From: Adineta vaga
Taxonomy: Eukaryota; Animalia; Rotifera
NCBI GenBank assembly: GCA_021613535.1
Contig: CP075493.1
Span: 13,144,001-13,208,000 of the forward strand
Direction: 5' to 3'
DNA: 64,000 nucleotides
Part shown: positions 61,772 through 64,000 of the stretch, piece after piece
How the letters are laid out: each line of letters starts with the position of its first letter
Position numbering within the stretch: position 1 is the stretch's first letter
Program-made: the position numbers and the translations under genes
The notes under the pieces: generated by a model
Seen by the model: only the letters and a program-made list of their open reading frames with translations
Told to the model about the DNA's origin: nothing
Database searches by the model: none

Positions 61772-63065
61772 ATGTTCTCGTTTTGTTTAGTCTTTACCTT
61801 CTTCTTCTTATTGAATCAAGTATCATGCAAACAAATGGGATGTATATCCAATATAACATTTGTATCAATCCATAACAAAATAACACAGTTTAATCAAACA
61901 TTCAATGAATGTATATGCTATCAGTTGCAATATAATCTCTCTGGTTTTAATTATTTCATACAAAATCAAACATGTGAACTGTTTAGAAATTTTACCACAG
62001 ACTTCGTCTTGGTACAAAATTTACAAACACGATTTTGTTTTGTTACTCAACCACCAGGTAAACTCTTCATTCTCTTACTTTACATGATATACAAATAAAA
62101 TAAATTCTTTCATAACAATAGAATTGACTACTAGTTCTGTGCAAACCTCAACTTACACTACAATGTTATATGACACTACACCAACAACGACTTCAACATG
62201 GAATTCAACTGGCACTACTGTTGCGACTGGGAATGGAAATGCTAATATTCTTAATCCTTACGGTGTATTTGTTGATGATCAATATTATATATATGTTGCA
62301 GAGAAAGAAAATAGTCGAATTTCTAAATGGCCTCCCAATGAAAACGGTTCAGCGTCTTCAGCAATCTTTCAAACAGCTAGTGGACAAATCGGTAAAACAC
62401 CTAGTTTATATGTTGATAGTAATACAGGTGATATATATGTTGCGGATGAACCAAATCAACGCGTGGTACGTTTTCCGAACGGATCAACAATAGGTTTCAC
62501 TATGGCAAGCATTCTTCTAGGTACACTACCTACCGTCTCAGGTATTTATTTGGATCCAAATGGAACTATTTTTATTACAGATACAGGTCGAAATCGTATC
62601 TATAATTGGTTAACTAATCAGAGCGTTGTTGGTGGATATGGATCCGGCACCAATGTCAATCAATTGAATCAGCCAAAACGTTTTTTCATCGATAAAAACT
62701 ACACATTTTATGTTACTGATTCGGGAAACAGTCGAATACAAAAATGGTTGAAAGGAGCAACATCAGGTCAAACAGTAGCTGGTGGTTTTGGTTCAGGTTC
62801 AAATGCAAATCAATTAGGCGGACCTTTAGGTGTTGTTGTGGACAGTAAAGGAAATGTGTTGGTATGTGATTCAAACAACCATCGAGTGCAGATGTGGCGT
62901 CCTGGTGCAGTTACAGGTCAAACCGTTGCAGGCAATGCAAATGGAGCATCAGGTTCAAGTCCAATGGCATTAAATTCACCTAAAGGAATTGCCATTGACA
63001 AAAGTGATAATTTTTATGTTGCTGATACTTCAAATTTGCGAATACAAAAGTTTAGTATTCTATAA
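61772..63065 (+). CDS. Secreted protein: Apple/PAN-like domain + Thr-rich linker + NHL beta-propeller; 2 exons (61772-62057, 62122-63065)
   Basis: Signal MFSFCLVFTFFFLLNQVSC; ECICYQ...GFNYF..NQTCELF. Phase-1 intron 62058-62121. NHL repeats such as LNSPKGIAIDKSDNFYVADTSNLRIQKF. Confidence 0.85.
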
Positions 63066-63691
63066 AGTTTTTTTCAATTAATAAATGTTTTGACTATTTG
63101 AAAGTAACAATAAGTCTTACAAGGATGTGCTTTTGATATGAAAAGGCGGTGGGTACATGAAGAATTATCATATCTACATTATTTAATTAGGCATTTTCCC
63201 ACCAAAATCACGTAGATCTACGGTGTTCTTTATGGTCGATTTTTAGTTTTCAAAAATAAGTTGAAATGAATTCAAAGAGTCCATTTTCCTAATTATATTC
63301 TAAAAAATCATAATTATTTAAAAAGTTAATCGAAGCATTACTGGATGAAATCTATTTTCTTCGTTCATAGTGAACGTACCAGGATAATCTCTGTTATATT
63401 TAAAGCATCAATTTATTCCAGAGATATAATCATCAAGAAATGATGATTATATCCATGTATTTATGGACTATTCTTTGATTCTCAATTCATTTCAATGGAT
63501 GAATCAACCATGTGGGTAATTATTTTTCACAATTACGTCATCAGTTTTGAAAGATCTTTATTGTTATTATCAGAAAGAAAAACTCTTAAAGGGATAATCT
63601 CACAGACGAACGTTTCTCTGTCGTACTCTGCCATACAATAACTTTGAGAAGGATATTTGCGATAAATACATAGATACATAGAAGAAATTAA

Positions 63692-64000
63692 ATGACTTCA
63701 ACACTGAAAAATAATACATTCGATTGGAATTTATCCGACTCGGTTTATGAGCTAGGAGCAACATTACGTTTTTGGCTTTTTCTCATCGTAAATGTGCCTT
63801 CGGTTTTCTGCACTATCTTTGTACTCTATCATCTATTGATAGAAAAAAATTTACGTCAAGCTCTTCATAATCATACAACAATCGTTCTACTTTCGTTCGG
63901 TTTAGTCTATGGTCTGATCGATATTCCAATGCATTTACAATTCTTTTGGTCAGGAATCGTTCGTCCAGCTACATCGACACTCAGTCTTTTCTGGTGATTT
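63692..64000 (+). CDS. 5' part of a rhodopsin-like GPCR (TM1-TM2), with a possible premature TGA at 63995-63997; cut by the window end
   Basis: FWLFLIVNVPSVFCTIFVLYHLL...LRQALHNHTTIVLL...LIDIP parallels the N-terminus of the 2515 GPCR. Confidence 0.65.

Overview
AT-rich eukaryotic genomic DNA with compact genes and mostly 50-90 nt GT-AG introns. The gene content points to a bdelloid rotifer (Adineta-like): ART-TPR and ART-NHL proteins, F-box-like LRR proteins, an LDLa-EGF-GPCR, many divergent rhodopsin-like GPCRs, a PKD1/REJ-like polycystin, genes of apparent bacterial or fungal origin, and (TGTGGG)n-like tracts. That assignment is inference from recognised families, not a database result. 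About 20 genes and 4 pseudogene relics can be reconstructed by joining ORF-track fragments across introns. Most notable: (1) a tight tandem pair of secreted, furin-site-bearing coiled-coil proteins (16570-20123) resembling a two-component alpha-helical pore-forming toxin; (2) an intron-containing bacterial-type alpha-2-macroglobulin with a CTEQ thioester motif and no visible signal peptide; (3) beta-propeller modules (NHL, FG-GAP) joined by phase-1 introns to ART, B-box, Apple-like and polycystin partners; (4) a 13 kb polycystin with three NHL propellers, duplicated mucin exons and a degenerate GPS cleavage motif; (5) small dispersed hairpin elements with telomere-like GGGTGT arms, two of them next to truncated or decayed genes. 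No rRNA, tRNA or CRISPR feature could be supported.
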